A stretch of DNA of 40,205 bases from Oxalobacteraceae bacterium (GTDB lineage: Bacteria; Pseudomonadota; Gammaproteobacteria; Burkholderiales; Burkholderiaceae_D): positions 1 to 40,205 of the forward strand of contig JAIXQV010000254.1 in the NCBI GenBank assembly GCA_027485535.1. Reading direction: 5' to 3'. Below, one piece after another: positions 9,840-19,031 of the stretch. The position numbers were made by a program, and so were the translations under genes. The notes under the pieces were generated by a model. It saw only the letters and a list, made by a program, of their open reading frames with translations, was not told where the DNA came from and did no database searches. Position 1 is the stretch's first letter. Every line of letters begins with the position of its first letter.

Positions 9840-10253
9840 ATGTTCGCCCGTGTCCCATACTCCGCCCTGAACTCACGCCAGAAGGAAAACTACAATTTCC
9901 AGAAGGTCGCTGCGCGGCTCGCTGATTATGGGTTTAACAGCATTCGACTCACCGACGATTGGCAGGGCGCTGACTTTATCGCTGTCAATATCGATGGCGA
10001 GACCTTCCTTAAGGTTCAGCTAAAAGGCCGATTGGTTATTGATCGAAAATATGTGGGCAAAGGCATCCACATCGCATTTTTGTATGGCGATGAACTCTAT
10101 CTCTATGATCATGATAAGTTTGTTCAACATCTAGAAGGAAATGGTTTGATTGGCGCTGACAGTGTTACATGGCACGAAAAGGGGTTTCGAAGCTGGCCAC
10201 TCCCTCCCGCTTGGGCGATCAACTATCTAGCCGACTATAGGATTTCCCAATGA
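9840..10253 (+). CDS. Small PD-(D/E)xK-like (D...QxK) nuclease-fold protein
   Basis: GADFIAV...KVQLKGR motif, translationally coupled on both sides. Confidence 0.6.
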   Translation: MFARVPYSALNSRQKENYNFQKVAARLADYGFNSIRLTDDWQGADFIAVNIDGETFLKVQLKGRLVIDRKYVGKGIHIAFLYGDELYLYDHDKFVQHLEGNGLIGADSVTWHEKGFRSWPLPPAWAINYLADYRISQ

Positions 10254-12304
10254 CCAAGTCTGTCCCCTCCGTTTCCGTCACCTACGCCCGCAACGGCGGC
10301 TCAACTAAGGCTAATGCCCTTGGCATGCGCGCGATGCAGGAACGGGCGTTTGAAAAGCGTGGGGAACCTTACCTCCTGATCAAGTCGCCGCCGGCATCGG
10401 GCAAGAGCCGCGCGCTTATGTTCATCGCGCTCGACAAGCTCGCCAATCAGGGATTGAAACAGGCGATCATCGTCGTTCCGGAAAAATCCATCGGCTCCAG
10501 CTTCGCCGATGAACCGCTCACCAAGTTCGGGTTCTGGGCGGACTGGACCGTCACGCCGAAGTGGAATCTTTGCAACGCACCGGGTGAGGATGGCGGCAAG
10601 GTCAACAGCGTCGGAAGTTTCCTTGCTAGCGACGATCAAGTGCTTGTCTGCACACACGCGACTTTTCGTTTCGCGGTCGAGCGGTTTGGGATCGAGGCGT
10701 TTGATGGACGATTGATTGCGGTCGATGAATTCCATCACGTATCGGCAAACCCCGACAACGTGCTCGGCAAGCACCTAGGCGACTTTATCGCGCGCGATAA
10801 GGTGCACATCGTAGCGATGACCGGCAGCTATTTTCGTGGCGATGCCGAGGCTGTGCTCTCGCCAACTGACGAGTCAAAATTCGATACCGTCACCTACACC
10901 TACTACGAGCAGCTCAACGGTTACGAGTATCTCAAGCAGCTCGACATCGGCTATTTTTTCTACTCCGGCTCATACACGGACGACATTCTCGAAGTTTTGA
11001 ACCCGTCCGAGAAGACGATCATCCACATCCCTAATGTCAACTCGCGCGAGAGCACAAAGGACAAGATCAAAGAGGTGGAGCACATCATCTCGGAGCTAGG
11101 CGAGTGGGAAGGTGCCGATCCTGTCACCGGCTTCCAGATCGTCAAAATGTCGGATGGCAAAACGCTGCGCATCGCTGACCTCGTTGACGATGATCCTTCC
11201 AAGCGCGACCGCGTGTCCGCTGCACTGAAAGACCCAGCCCAAAAGAACAATCGTGATCATGTGGACATCATCATCGCGCTTGGCATGGCGAAAGAGGGCT
11301 TCGATTGGATTTGGTGCGAACACGCATTGACCGTAGGTTATCGTGCAAGTCTGACCGAGATCGTGCAGATCATCGGTCGCGCCACACGTGACGCGCCGGG
11401 CAAGACGCGCGCGCGTTTCACCAACCTCATCGCTGAACCAGATGCCGCTGAGTCACTTGTCACCGAGGCGGTGAACGACACATTGAAAGCAATCGCGGCG
11501 AGCTTGCTGATGGAGCAGGTGCTCGCACCGCGCTTCAATTTTACACCGAAGAATCCGCAGAGCGGCCCGCAACCTGGCTTCGATTACGGCGATGATGGCT
11601 ATCAGCCGGACAAGTGCAATGTTGGCTTCAACGAGCAAACCGGACAGTTTCAGATCGAGATCAAGGGGCTGACCGAGCCTAAGAGCAAGGAGGCCGTCCG
11701 CATCTGCAAGGAGGACTTGAACGAGGTGATTGCAACCTTCGTTCAGGACAAGCCTTCCATCGAGCGCGGCTTGTTCGACGAAGAAATGGTTCCCGAGGAG
11801 CTGACTCAGCTTCGCCTCGGGAAGATCATCAAGGACAAGTACCCTGAGTTGGACGAAGAGGATCAGGAGGCCGTGCGCCAGCACGCCATTGCTGCGCTCA
11901 ATCTCACGCAGCAGGCAGCTCGCATCGCGCTTGGAAGCGACAAGAAGGACGACGAGCCGAGCGCCAACACGGCGCTGATCGACGGTGTGCGCAAATTCGC
12001 GATGGACGTTCGCGAACTCGACATTGACCTGATCGACCGCATCAATCCGTTTCAAGAAGCCTATGCCATTCTCGCCAAGACCATGAGCGAGGAGAGCCTG
12101 AAACAAGTCGCTGCTGCTATCGCGAGCAAGCGCACCAGCTTGTCACCGGACGAGGCGAAAGAGCTTGCTGTGCGCGCCGCCCGCTTCATCAAAGAGCGTG
12201 AGCGTCCGCCGTCGATAACTTCGTCCGATGCTTGGGAGCGGCGGCTCGCTGAGGGCGCCGCCGCGTTCATGCGCTTCAAGAAGGAGGGCCGCTATGACGG
12301 CTGA
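10250..12304 (+). CDS. yeeB: SF2 DEAD/DEAH-box helicase, YeeB-like
   Basis: Walker A SPPASGKS, DEFHH, MTGS, motif VI QIIGRATR. Confidence 0.88.
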   Translation: MTKSVPSVSVTYARNGGSTKANALGMRAMQERAFEKRGEPYLLIKSPPASGKSRALMFIALDKLANQGLKQAIIVVPEKSIGSSFADEPLTKFGFWADWTVTPKWNLCNAPGEDGGKVNSVGSFLASDDQVLVCTHATFRFAVERFGIEAFDGRLIAVDEFHHVSANPDNVLGKHLGDFIARDKVHIVAMTGSYFRGDAEAVLSPTDESKFDTVTYTYYEQLNGYEYLKQLDIGYFFYSGSYTDDILEVLNPSEKTIIHIPNVNSRESTKDKIKEVEHIISELGEWEGADPVTGFQIVKMSDGKTLRIADLVDDDPSKRDRVSAALKDPAQKNNRDHVDIIIALGMAKEGFDWIWCEHALTVGYRASLTEIVQIIGRATRDAPGKTRARFTNLIAEPDAAESLVTEAVNDTLKAIAASLLMEQVLAPRFNFTPKNPQSGPQPGFDYGDDGYQPDKCNVGFNEQTGQFQIEIKGLTEPKSKEAVRICKEDLNEVIATFVQDKPSIERGLFDEEMVPEELTQLRLGKIIKDKYPELDEEDQEAVRQHAIAALNLTQQAARIALGSDKKDDEPSANTALIDGVRKFAMDVRELDIDLIDRINPFQEAYAILAKTMSEESLKQVAAAIASKRTSLSPDEAKELAVRAARFIKERERPPSITSSDAWERRLAEGAAAFMRFKKEGRYDG

Positions 12305-13532
12305 CCTTGATCTTGATGCACTTGCCGAACAGCTCGCAGATTTCGCGCCGCCTGAAAAGAAAACAGGGCGCGGACCGCGCGAGGAGCGCGTCATCGCTGG
12401 ATTTGAGGAGATCCTGCGATTTGTCGAGAAGCACGGTCACGCACCGCGCCATGGCGAGAGCCGCGATATCTTCGAGCGCATCTATGCCACGCGCCTAGAC
12501 AGGTTGCGCGCACAGGAAGATTGCCGAGCACTGCTCGAACCGTTGGATCACCAAGGGTTGCTCAAAGTTGGAGATCAGACGGCGACTGCTCCAGATGACG
12601 ACATGGACACGGACGCTCTTCTTGCTGAGCTTGAAGGCGCAATAGGCACATCGGAAATCACCGATCTTCGCCACGTTCGCACAGCGGAGGAAAAGCGCGC
12701 CGCAGAGGAAATCGCCAACCGTGAAAAGTGCGAAGACTTCGAGAGGTTCAAACCGCATTTTGACCAGCTGCAAGCCGACTTGAAATCGGGGGTGCGGGTC
12801 ACGCGCCCAATCGTGAAGGACGCAGGCTTCTTGAAAGCCGACATTACCCTTGGCCAGTTTTTCATTCTTGGTGGCCAAGTCGCTTATGTCGCGGAGGTCG
12901 GTGAAACATTCGCCGCTCCGAACGGGGAATATGATGCTCGTTTGCGTGTCGTGTATTCCAACGGCACCGAGAGCAACCTGCTTCGCCGGTCGCTCCAACG
13001 CGCCCTGTATAAGGATGAAGCTGGACGACGGATCACCGAGCCGGAGGCTGGCCCACTATTCGTGCGGGAGGAAGCCGCCCCATTTAGCAGTGAGATAGCC
13101 GAAGATGACTCTGCTAGCGGCACGATCTATGTGTTGAGAAGCAAATCAGACCATCCGCTTGTCGCTGCCAATCGCGACGTGCTTCATAAAATTGGCGTGA
13201 CAGGCGGCGATGTGCAGCGCCGGATTGCAAATGCAAAAATCGACGCGACGTTTCTGCTGGCTGATGTTGAGATCGTTGCGACCTACACGCTCTATAACAT
13301 CAACCGGACGAAGCTCGAAAATCTGATCCACCGCATATTCGGTCCGGCACGGCTTGATATCGAAATCAAAGATCGCTTCGGAAACCCAGTTGTCCCTCGC
13401 GAATGGTTCCTTGTGCCTCGCTTCATTGTCGATGATGCTGTGGAACGGATCAAAGACGGAACGATCACCGACTACGTTTATGATCCGAAGACCGCCGAAC
13501 TGAAACGGCGCGAAAATGGGAGTGCCGCGTGA
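12294..13532 (+). CDS. yeeC: T5orf172/GIY-YIG family nuclease, YeeC-like
   Basis: C-terminal GTIYVLRS..HKIGVT..VQRRI..LENLIHRIF..PREWF. ATG at 12294 overlaps the helicase end. Confidence 0.85.
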   Translation: MTADLDLDALAEQLADFAPPEKKTGRGPREERVIAGFEEILRFVEKHGHAPRHGESRDIFERIYATRLDRLRAQEDCRALLEPLDHQGLLKVGDQTATAPDDDMDTDALLAELEGAIGTSEITDLRHVRTAEEKRAAEEIANREKCEDFERFKPHFDQLQADLKSGVRVTRPIVKDAGFLKADITLGQFFILGGQVAYVAEVGETFAAPNGEYDARLRVVYSNGTESNLLRRSLQRALYKDEAGRRITEPEAGPLFVREEAAPFSSEIAEDDSASGTIYVLRSKSDHPLVAANRDVLHKIGVTGGDVQRRIANAKIDATFLLADVEIVATYTLYNINRTKLENLIHRIFGPARLDIEIKDRFGNPVVPREWFLVPRFIVDDAVERIKDGTITDYVYDPKTAELKRRENGSAA

Positions 13533-13741
13533 ACTTCGATCCGGCATTTTCTTTCGAAGACAACCTCGCGTTGTTCAGAGCCGAGGCCGAACGGCTCGAC
13601 CCCGAGTGCGCGCGTATCCTGTTCGACAATCTGGCCACACTGACGCGCCAAGGTGATGGTGCGCGCGACCGTCAAGCGATTCAAGATTTCAATCGCGCTG
13701 TCCTAGCTGCACTCAACGCTCTGCCGGACCCCGCACCATGA
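13529..13741 (+). CDS. 70-aa helical hypothetical protein coupled to the ATPase
   Basis: GTGA and ATGA start/stop overlaps with both neighbours, GGGAG RBS. Confidence 0.7.
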   Translation: MNFDPAFSFEDNLALFRAEAERLDPECARILFDNLATLTRQGDGARDRQAIQDFNRAVLAALNALPDPAP

Positions 13742-16236
13742 GCCGCTATTTCTTGAAACAAGCCGCGATTGAGGGTTTTCGCGGGATCAACAACGATGGC
13801 GATCCCCTTGTTCTTCGTTTCCGCGCAGATTGCGTCAATTCTGTTCATGCGCCTAACGGTGTCGGCAAAAGCTCCATCTTCGAGGCTTTGCATTTCGCCA
13901 TCCACGGCACGGTGCCGCGACTTGAGTCCTTGCAGGATGCCGAGCAAGGGCCAAGCTACATAGTCAATAAATTCCATCCTGCACAAAAAGCGACCATCGA
14001 CCTTTTGTTCGCTAGCGACGATGCAACGCCCGATGTTTCCATTTCAGTGACTCGCACCGTTGCGGGCATACGCACAGTGACATCGCCGAGTGGTCATGCT
14101 GACCCCGAAGCATTTCTCGCCAGCCTGCGGGAAGACTTTGTGCTGGTCGATTATCCACGTTTCGCCTCTTTTGTGGACTCGACCCCACTAGACCGAGGCC
14201 GGTCCTTCGCTTCGCTTGTTGGTCTGAGCCGATATTCCGGCTTGCGGCAGGCACTAGACGGCGCGCGTAACACGCGCAACGTCAACAGCGATCTTGGTCT
14301 GTCCACGCTCGAAACAGAGGTGACGTCGGGGCAGCGCGCCCTTGCCGGTATCGCTATGCGCATCTCCGCGTCCCATCAAGAAGTCACCGGCGCGGCACCA
14401 GCTAATTTGGACGACTTGGCACCGCTCAAAGCGAGTGTGACAACGGCTCTTGCGGGTATCGCGCTTTTCGCGCCGCTGCTTGCAGGTGTGTCCGTTATGG
14501 AATTGGACTTCGACGCAGCTGAACAAACCGTTGACCGTGAGGAAGGCGGTGCATCACGCAAAGCGCTCGACACGCTAAATACCACCGTCGCGACCCTTTC
14601 TACTCTTGTTGTGCCTCAGTCCGACATTGACGACATCGACTCGCTGGTGGCCTTGGCGCGCTCGCGTGACGACGCGATTAATAGAGTCGGGGCGGCTACA
14701 ATTCACGCTTTATTGAAGGACGCGCTTTCTGTCGTAACCAGTGCGAACTGGCACGATCCTCGCCAGTGTCCGGTTTGCGAAAACGTCGCAGATGCTCCCA
14801 TGAAGGACCAGCTTGAGGCGAAGATCGCGCTCTATGACGAGGCCGAACGGCTGGACACTGAATTGCGTACCAAGGCGGCGGCATCACCTGCCATCGCCAA
14901 ACTCCGACAATTGGAGGAGTGCGCTGCGCTGGACGTAGCGGTCGCAGATCGAATCACCCCGAACCTCGCAATGCGTCAAGTCACTATTACAACAGCCGAT
15001 TTGGAGCGGGGGAAGGATCGACTGCTAGCGCTCGAAGCTATTCGAGCCGATGCGATCACAGCCGCCAACGCCGAGATCGCCACGCTGCAAGCGGGTCTGC
15101 CGCCTTCGCTTGTGCAAGTCACACGCACCCTTGGACAGGCAAAGCAGTTCCGTAACGCCGTGCGCGAATACGAGCGCGACGCACCATTACTAGCGACCAA
15201 GCGCACGATGTTGGCAAAGCTCAATCGCTGGAAAACCTTTATTGGCAATGCCGCACAGGCGTTTGCTACAGCGGAAACCGCACTTGCCAACGCCCGCATC
15301 GCCGATATCCAAACAAGTTGTCAGGACCTGTTCGGTCATCTTGTCCGCGGCGGACCAAACGTGCAGCCAACGCTAAGTCGAGCGCAGAACAGCGAAAACG
15401 TCGATCTCAAGCTGGCAGACTTTTTCGGGCTGCAAGATCAAAGCGCGCGAGCTTTGCTATCGGAAAGCTATCGCAATGCTGTCGCGGCGGCGATCTTTTT
15501 GGCCGCTGCGACGCGGCATAGCGGCGTTCCTCGTTTTATGGTGTTAGACGATGTAACGTCCAGCTTTGACGCTGGCCACCAATTTAGCCTGATGGAGGCG
15601 ATCCGCACTCGGCTTCGTTATGGGGCAGTCGGTGGAGTCCCAGACGGCCTGCAATTCATCATCCTTAGCCACGACACGAGCCTAGAAAAGTACTTCGACC
15701 GACTCGGCAACACGGCGGACTGGCATCATCAGAAACTGCAAGGGATGCCGCCCCGAGGTCGATTGATGGTATCGGCACAAGAAGCCGACCGCCTCAAGGC
15801 ACAGGCACAGCAATATCTAAACGCCGGACAGATCGACCAAGGCGAGCCATTTCTGCGCCAATATCTAGAATACAAATTGGGGCAGATCATCGCGCGTCTG
15901 TCCGTGCCAGTGCCGCCCGATTATGCCACGCGAGGCGACAAACGCACATTGTCCACTTTCATTGACGCAATCACGAATGCAGTGGCACTTTATCAGGCGG
16001 CGGGCGGACGCTGTGTGCTCACACAACAGCAGGTCAATGACCTCCAAACTCACCATGCGCCTTCAATCGTCGCCAACTATGTAAGCCACTACGAAACCGG
16101 CGCTGGCACGCCCTTCAACGCATACGCCTTGCTCGGAGTGTTACAGAGCGTCGATGATTTTGCGGATTGCTTTATGTGGACAGACCCCGCCGATGGTCGA
16201 AAGAAATTCTATCGCGCGCTAGATCGTCGTTCGTAA
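13738..16236 (+). CDS. Rad50/SbcC/RloC-like ABC ATPase with zinc hook and a C-terminal helical (HEPN-like) extension
   Basis: EGFRGI, Walker A APNGVGKSS, central CPVC, signature LSESY, Walker B FMVLDDVTSSFD, ILSHD, C-terminal FLRQYLEYKL...ANYVSH. Confidence 0.82.
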   Translation: MSRYFLKQAAIEGFRGINNDGDPLVLRFRADCVNSVHAPNGVGKSSIFEALHFAIHGTVPRLESLQDAEQGPSYIVNKFHPAQKATIDLLFASDDATPDVSISVTRTVAGIRTVTSPSGHADPEAFLASLREDFVLVDYPRFASFVDSTPLDRGRSFASLVGLSRYSGLRQALDGARNTRNVNSDLGLSTLETEVTSGQRALAGIAMRISASHQEVTGAAPANLDDLAPLKASVTTALAGIALFAPLLAGVSVMELDFDAAEQTVDREEGGASRKALDTLNTTVATLSTLVVPQSDIDDIDSLVALARSRDDAINRVGAATIHALLKDALSVVTSANWHDPRQCPVCENVADAPMKDQLEAKIALYDEAERLDTELRTKAAASPAIAKLRQLEECAALDVAVADRITPNLAMRQVTITTADLERGKDRLLALEAIRADAITAANAEIATLQAGLPPSLVQVTRTLGQAKQFRNAVREYERDAPLLATKRTMLAKLNRWKTFIGNAAQAFATAETALANARIADIQTSCQDLFGHLVRGGPNVQPTLSRAQNSENVDLKLADFFGLQDQSARALLSESYRNAVAAAIFLAAATRHSGVPRFMVLDDVTSSFDAGHQFSLMEAIRTRLRYGAVGGVPDGLQFIILSHDTSLEKYFDRLGNTADWHHQKLQGMPPRGRLMVSAQEADRLKAQAQQYLNAGQIDQGEPFLRQYLEYKLGQIIARLSVPVPPDYATRGDKRTLSTFIDAITNAVALYQAAGGRCVLTQQQVNDLQTHHAPSIVANYVSHYETGAGTPFNAYALLGVLQSVDDFADCFMWTDPADGRKKFYRALDRRS

Positions 16237-16342
16237 TTCGGAACGGCCCTATTCAGCTTCCGATCGCTCCGTTTGCCGTTCTCCAAACCCTTCCGCTTCC
16301 CCCTGAGATAATGCCGCGAATATGGCTGGCGCGGTCGCCCTA

Positions 16343-16409
16343 TCAACGGGCGGCCCGATCCATTCGCTGCGCTCCCGTGTTGCCCGTTTCGCCTAACGGC
16401 TGACAGCCC
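16343..16409 (+). promoter_or_regulatory. Structured leader repeat, copy 1 (upstream of ardC)
   Basis: Shares TCAACGGGC(G/T)GCCCGATCCATTCGC and GCTCCCGTGTTGCCCGTT with 17516-17573. AACGGGC/GCCCGTT stem. Confidence 0.6.
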
Positions 16410-16468
16410 GACTTTCACCCCAGCCAACTTCCTTCGCGTCCTCAGAGAACAGCGAAAGGAGTTCGGAC

Positions 16469-17392
16469 ATGACAACATCATCACCATCACGCTTCGACGT
16501 TTACGAAGCCATCACCAACCAGATCATCGCCGCAATCGAAACTGGTTCCGGCAAAGTGCAAATGCCTTGGCACCGATCAGGCGCATCCATCATGCGGCCC
16601 GTCAATGTCGCAAGCCGCAATGCCTACCGAGGCGTCAACACCGTCGCTCTTTGGGCAGCAGCCGACGCTTTCGGTTTCCCGCACGGTCTGTGGGGCACAT
16701 ATCGCCAGTGGCAAGATCGTGGCGCACAAGTCCGCAAGGGCGAAAAATCATCGCTCATCATCTTCTACAAGCAGTTCGATGCCGACGATCAAGCCGAGAA
16801 GTCCGGCTCCGATCAATCCAACGACGACCGGCGTTTCATCGCCCGCGCGTCGCGCGTGTTCAACATCGCGCAGGTCGACGGCTACGTTTTGAGCGAGCCT
16901 GATATCTCAACCGACCGGATTGACCCGATCCTTGCGGCTGAATCTTTCATCGCGGGCGCAGGCGTGAGCATCGCCGTTGGCGGTGAGCGCGCTTACTACA
17001 ACATCAAGTCCGACAGCATCACCATGCCGGATCGTTGCCGCTTTATCGGCACCAAGACCAGCACGGCGACCGAAGGTTGGTATTCAACGCTTCTGCACGA
17101 GCTGGTTCATTATTCCGGCGCAGAGCATCGCTTGAACCGCACCTTCGGCGAACGCTTTGGCGATGATGCCTACGCGATGGAGGAAATGACCGCCGAGCTT
17201 GGAGCCGCATTCCTCTGCGGTGATCTTGGGATCACGGCAGAACCACGACCCGATCATGCCGACTATATCGGCCACTGGCTTCGCATCTTGAAGGGCGACC
17301 GCAAGGCGATCTTCACTGCGGCGAGTGCTGCGAACAAAGCATCCGAATATCTGGCGAGCCTGTCCAACCGCGAGCGAAGGGAGGCAGCTTAG
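16469..17392 (+). CDS. ardC: ArdC-family antirestriction / ssDNA-binding protein
   Basis: YEAITNQIIAAIE..PW, YRGVN, WGTYRQW..GAQVRKGEK, VFNIAQ, zincin-like HELVH, YAMEEMTAELGA, HADYIGHWL. Confidence 0.92.
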   Translation: MTTSSPSRFDVYEAITNQIIAAIETGSGKVQMPWHRSGASIMRPVNVASRNAYRGVNTVALWAAADAFGFPHGLWGTYRQWQDRGAQVRKGEKSSLIIFYKQFDADDQAEKSGSDQSNDDRRFIARASRVFNIAQVDGYVLSEPDISTDRIDPILAAESFIAGAGVSIAVGGERAYYNIKSDSITMPDRCRFIGTKTSTATEGWYSTLLHELVHYSGAEHRLNRTFGERFGDDAYAMEEMTAELGAAFLCGDLGITAEPRPDHADYIGHWLRILKGDRKAIFTAASAANKASEYLASLSNRERREAA

Positions 17393-17509
17393 GCTGCCTT
17401 TCAATTTCACGATTCCGGCGCGGGTGAGCGCATGAATTGCATCGAGCATCATGCCCACCCGCGTTTGGGATCGACCGTTGATGATGACGGTGATGTTGGC
17501 AGGCACGGC

Positions 17510-17591
17510 CCATCGTCAACGGGCTGCCCGATCCATTCGCCTTCGCTTCGCTCCAGCTCCCGTGTTGCCCGTTCCCTTGCAGTGACGATGG
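17510..17591 (+). promoter_or_regulatory. Structured leader repeat, copy 2
   Basis: Same blocks as 16343-16388, enclosed by a perfect CCATCGTCA/TGACGATGG stem. Confidence 0.6.
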
Positions 17592-17656
17592 CCCGCTAGC
17601 GCCTGCCGATTTGCCTCCCCGTCCAACGGACGAACCCAAACGCCAAGGAGGCAGAC

Positions 17657-17968
17657 ATGAACATCAGCGACTACGCAATCATCCACAAAAGCTGGAACGG
17701 CATCGAAATCGAAATCAGGTGGAACCCCGACCACATCGCATTCGATGACGGAACAGGGATGGCCCATCTTGAGATTGAAAGCATCAAGCCAGCCCGTGCC
17801 CCGTTGCCCATGACGGAGACCGGATACAGATCGCACTTCACACCGCCGAGTGATATTTATCGCTATGGCGGCGCAGAGGCATTCGTTGACGCATGGTTGC
17901 GTGACGCTGCCCAATCGGCGGCATGGCGTTGCACCCAACAGGTTTCACAACAGCTTGCGCTCTTTTGA
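17657..17968 (+). CDS. Hypothetical protein (HLEIES..P.RAPLPMTETGYRSHF type)
   Basis: Strong AAGGAGG RBS, ends QQLALF (beta-clamp-motif-like). Confidence 0.75.
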   Translation: MNISDYAIIHKSWNGIEIEIRWNPDHIAFDDGTGMAHLEIESIKPARAPLPMTETGYRSHFTPPSDIYRYGGAEAFVDAWLRDAAQSAAWRCTQQVSQQLALF

Positions 17969-17999
17969 GCGCAAGCATTTTCTTCGATTGGTCCAACGG

Positions 18000-18179
18000 T
18001 CAGGGGCCGAAAGGGCGGCAAGCCAGTTCAGCTTGAACATTTTCAAGCGATGCGAGCGCGTTGCGGCGTTCGGCGCTTTCGGGCGCGCTGTTGGCGAGTT
18101 CGTTGAACAGATCGCGGATGAGCGCGTGCAGTTCGCGGGTTGAGCGCGTTGCCAGTTCGAAGCGAGTGACGAGTTTCAT
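18000..18179 (-). CDS. Small helical hypothetical protein (59 aa)
   Basis: MKLVTRFELATRSTRELHAL... after a GGAGG RBS. Confidence 0.7.
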   Translation of the reverse strand: MKLVTRFELATRSTRELHALIRDLFNELANSAPESAERRNALASLENVQAELACRPFGP

Positions 18180-18388
18180 ATTGACCTCCAAATGTTTTGA
18201 AGGCCCCGACCACCGGAGCCTTTCCGGCTCGGGCAGCACAATCACCAAGGGAAGCGTCCGGTGGTTGGAGGATGAAAAAACAGGTCGGAGGGCAGGAGGA
18301 AATGAGGCGCGCGCGGAACGCAGTGCGCCCTCGCAACCGGCGAGGAACGACCTAGCCAAAATCACTAGTTTCGTAGTAGGCTTTCGGT

Positions 18389-19021
18389 ATGAGTTTGCCC
18401 AGCAAAGTTAGAAGGCCGTTCGCCGATCCATTAATGATGTCGAAGCGTCTTGGTCTAAATCAGTCGATGCTGGGCTCGATTGGATTGATCGCTTCATTTG
18501 CTGGTAACATTGAATATCGTCTAGAATTCGCGCTTTGGGCATTGCAGGGATATGATCCTAAAGGCCGGAGTCATCCAAAAGACGGCCTCCCAGTGAGCGC
18601 ACTTATTGATGAGTTCAAAGCGCAATCAAGCCATATCGAAAACACTGAGCTTTGCGAAGTTATACGCATGTGGTGTGAGGCGGCAAAGCCAGCTTTCAAG
18701 TGCCGCAATGCTATCATGCACGGCATCTCAATGCCTTGGAGCGATCAGTCCGCGACCTTCATGCGAAATCCACGAATATATGGAGAGCTTCGCAAGCGGG
18801 AATATTCGGAATTTCATGCAGACGAACATACGCTCACACTCATGGAAGGTGCGTTCGCAACTCTACTTCGTGCCATAGCGCTGATTCAAAACTGGGCCAA
18901 TGATGCTGCGAAGCCAGACCAAGATACATTTGCTGCGATGATGAAGGCGTTACGCGAAGCACGATCTATATCGGTTGAGCTTGTCGACTTAGCAGCCGCC
19001 GTGAATCACGAAAAATACTGA
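18389..19021 (+). CDS. HEPN-motif protein (putative RNase toxin or defence effector)
   Basis: Helical sequence with IG...IE N-terminal helix and RNAIMH (Rx4H), lower GC than neighbours by eye. Confidence 0.6.
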   Translation: MSLPSKVRRPFADPLMMSKRLGLNQSMLGSIGLIASFAGNIEYRLEFALWALQGYDPKGRSHPKDGLPVSALIDEFKAQSSHIENTELCEVIRMWCEAAKPAFKCRNAIMHGISMPWSDQSATFMRNPRIYGELRKREYSEFHADEHTLTLMEGAFATLLRAIALIQNWANDAAKPDQDTFAAMMKALREARSISVELVDLAAAVNHEKY

Positions 19022-19031
19022 CCCAAGCACT

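Noticed and set aside
13529-16236. Calling the ATPase module Lamassu, PARIS or canonical RloC outright
   Set aside because: The C-terminal extension is unlike LmuB, there is no TOPRIM partner, and the HEPN Arg is missing. It cannot be assigned without profile searches
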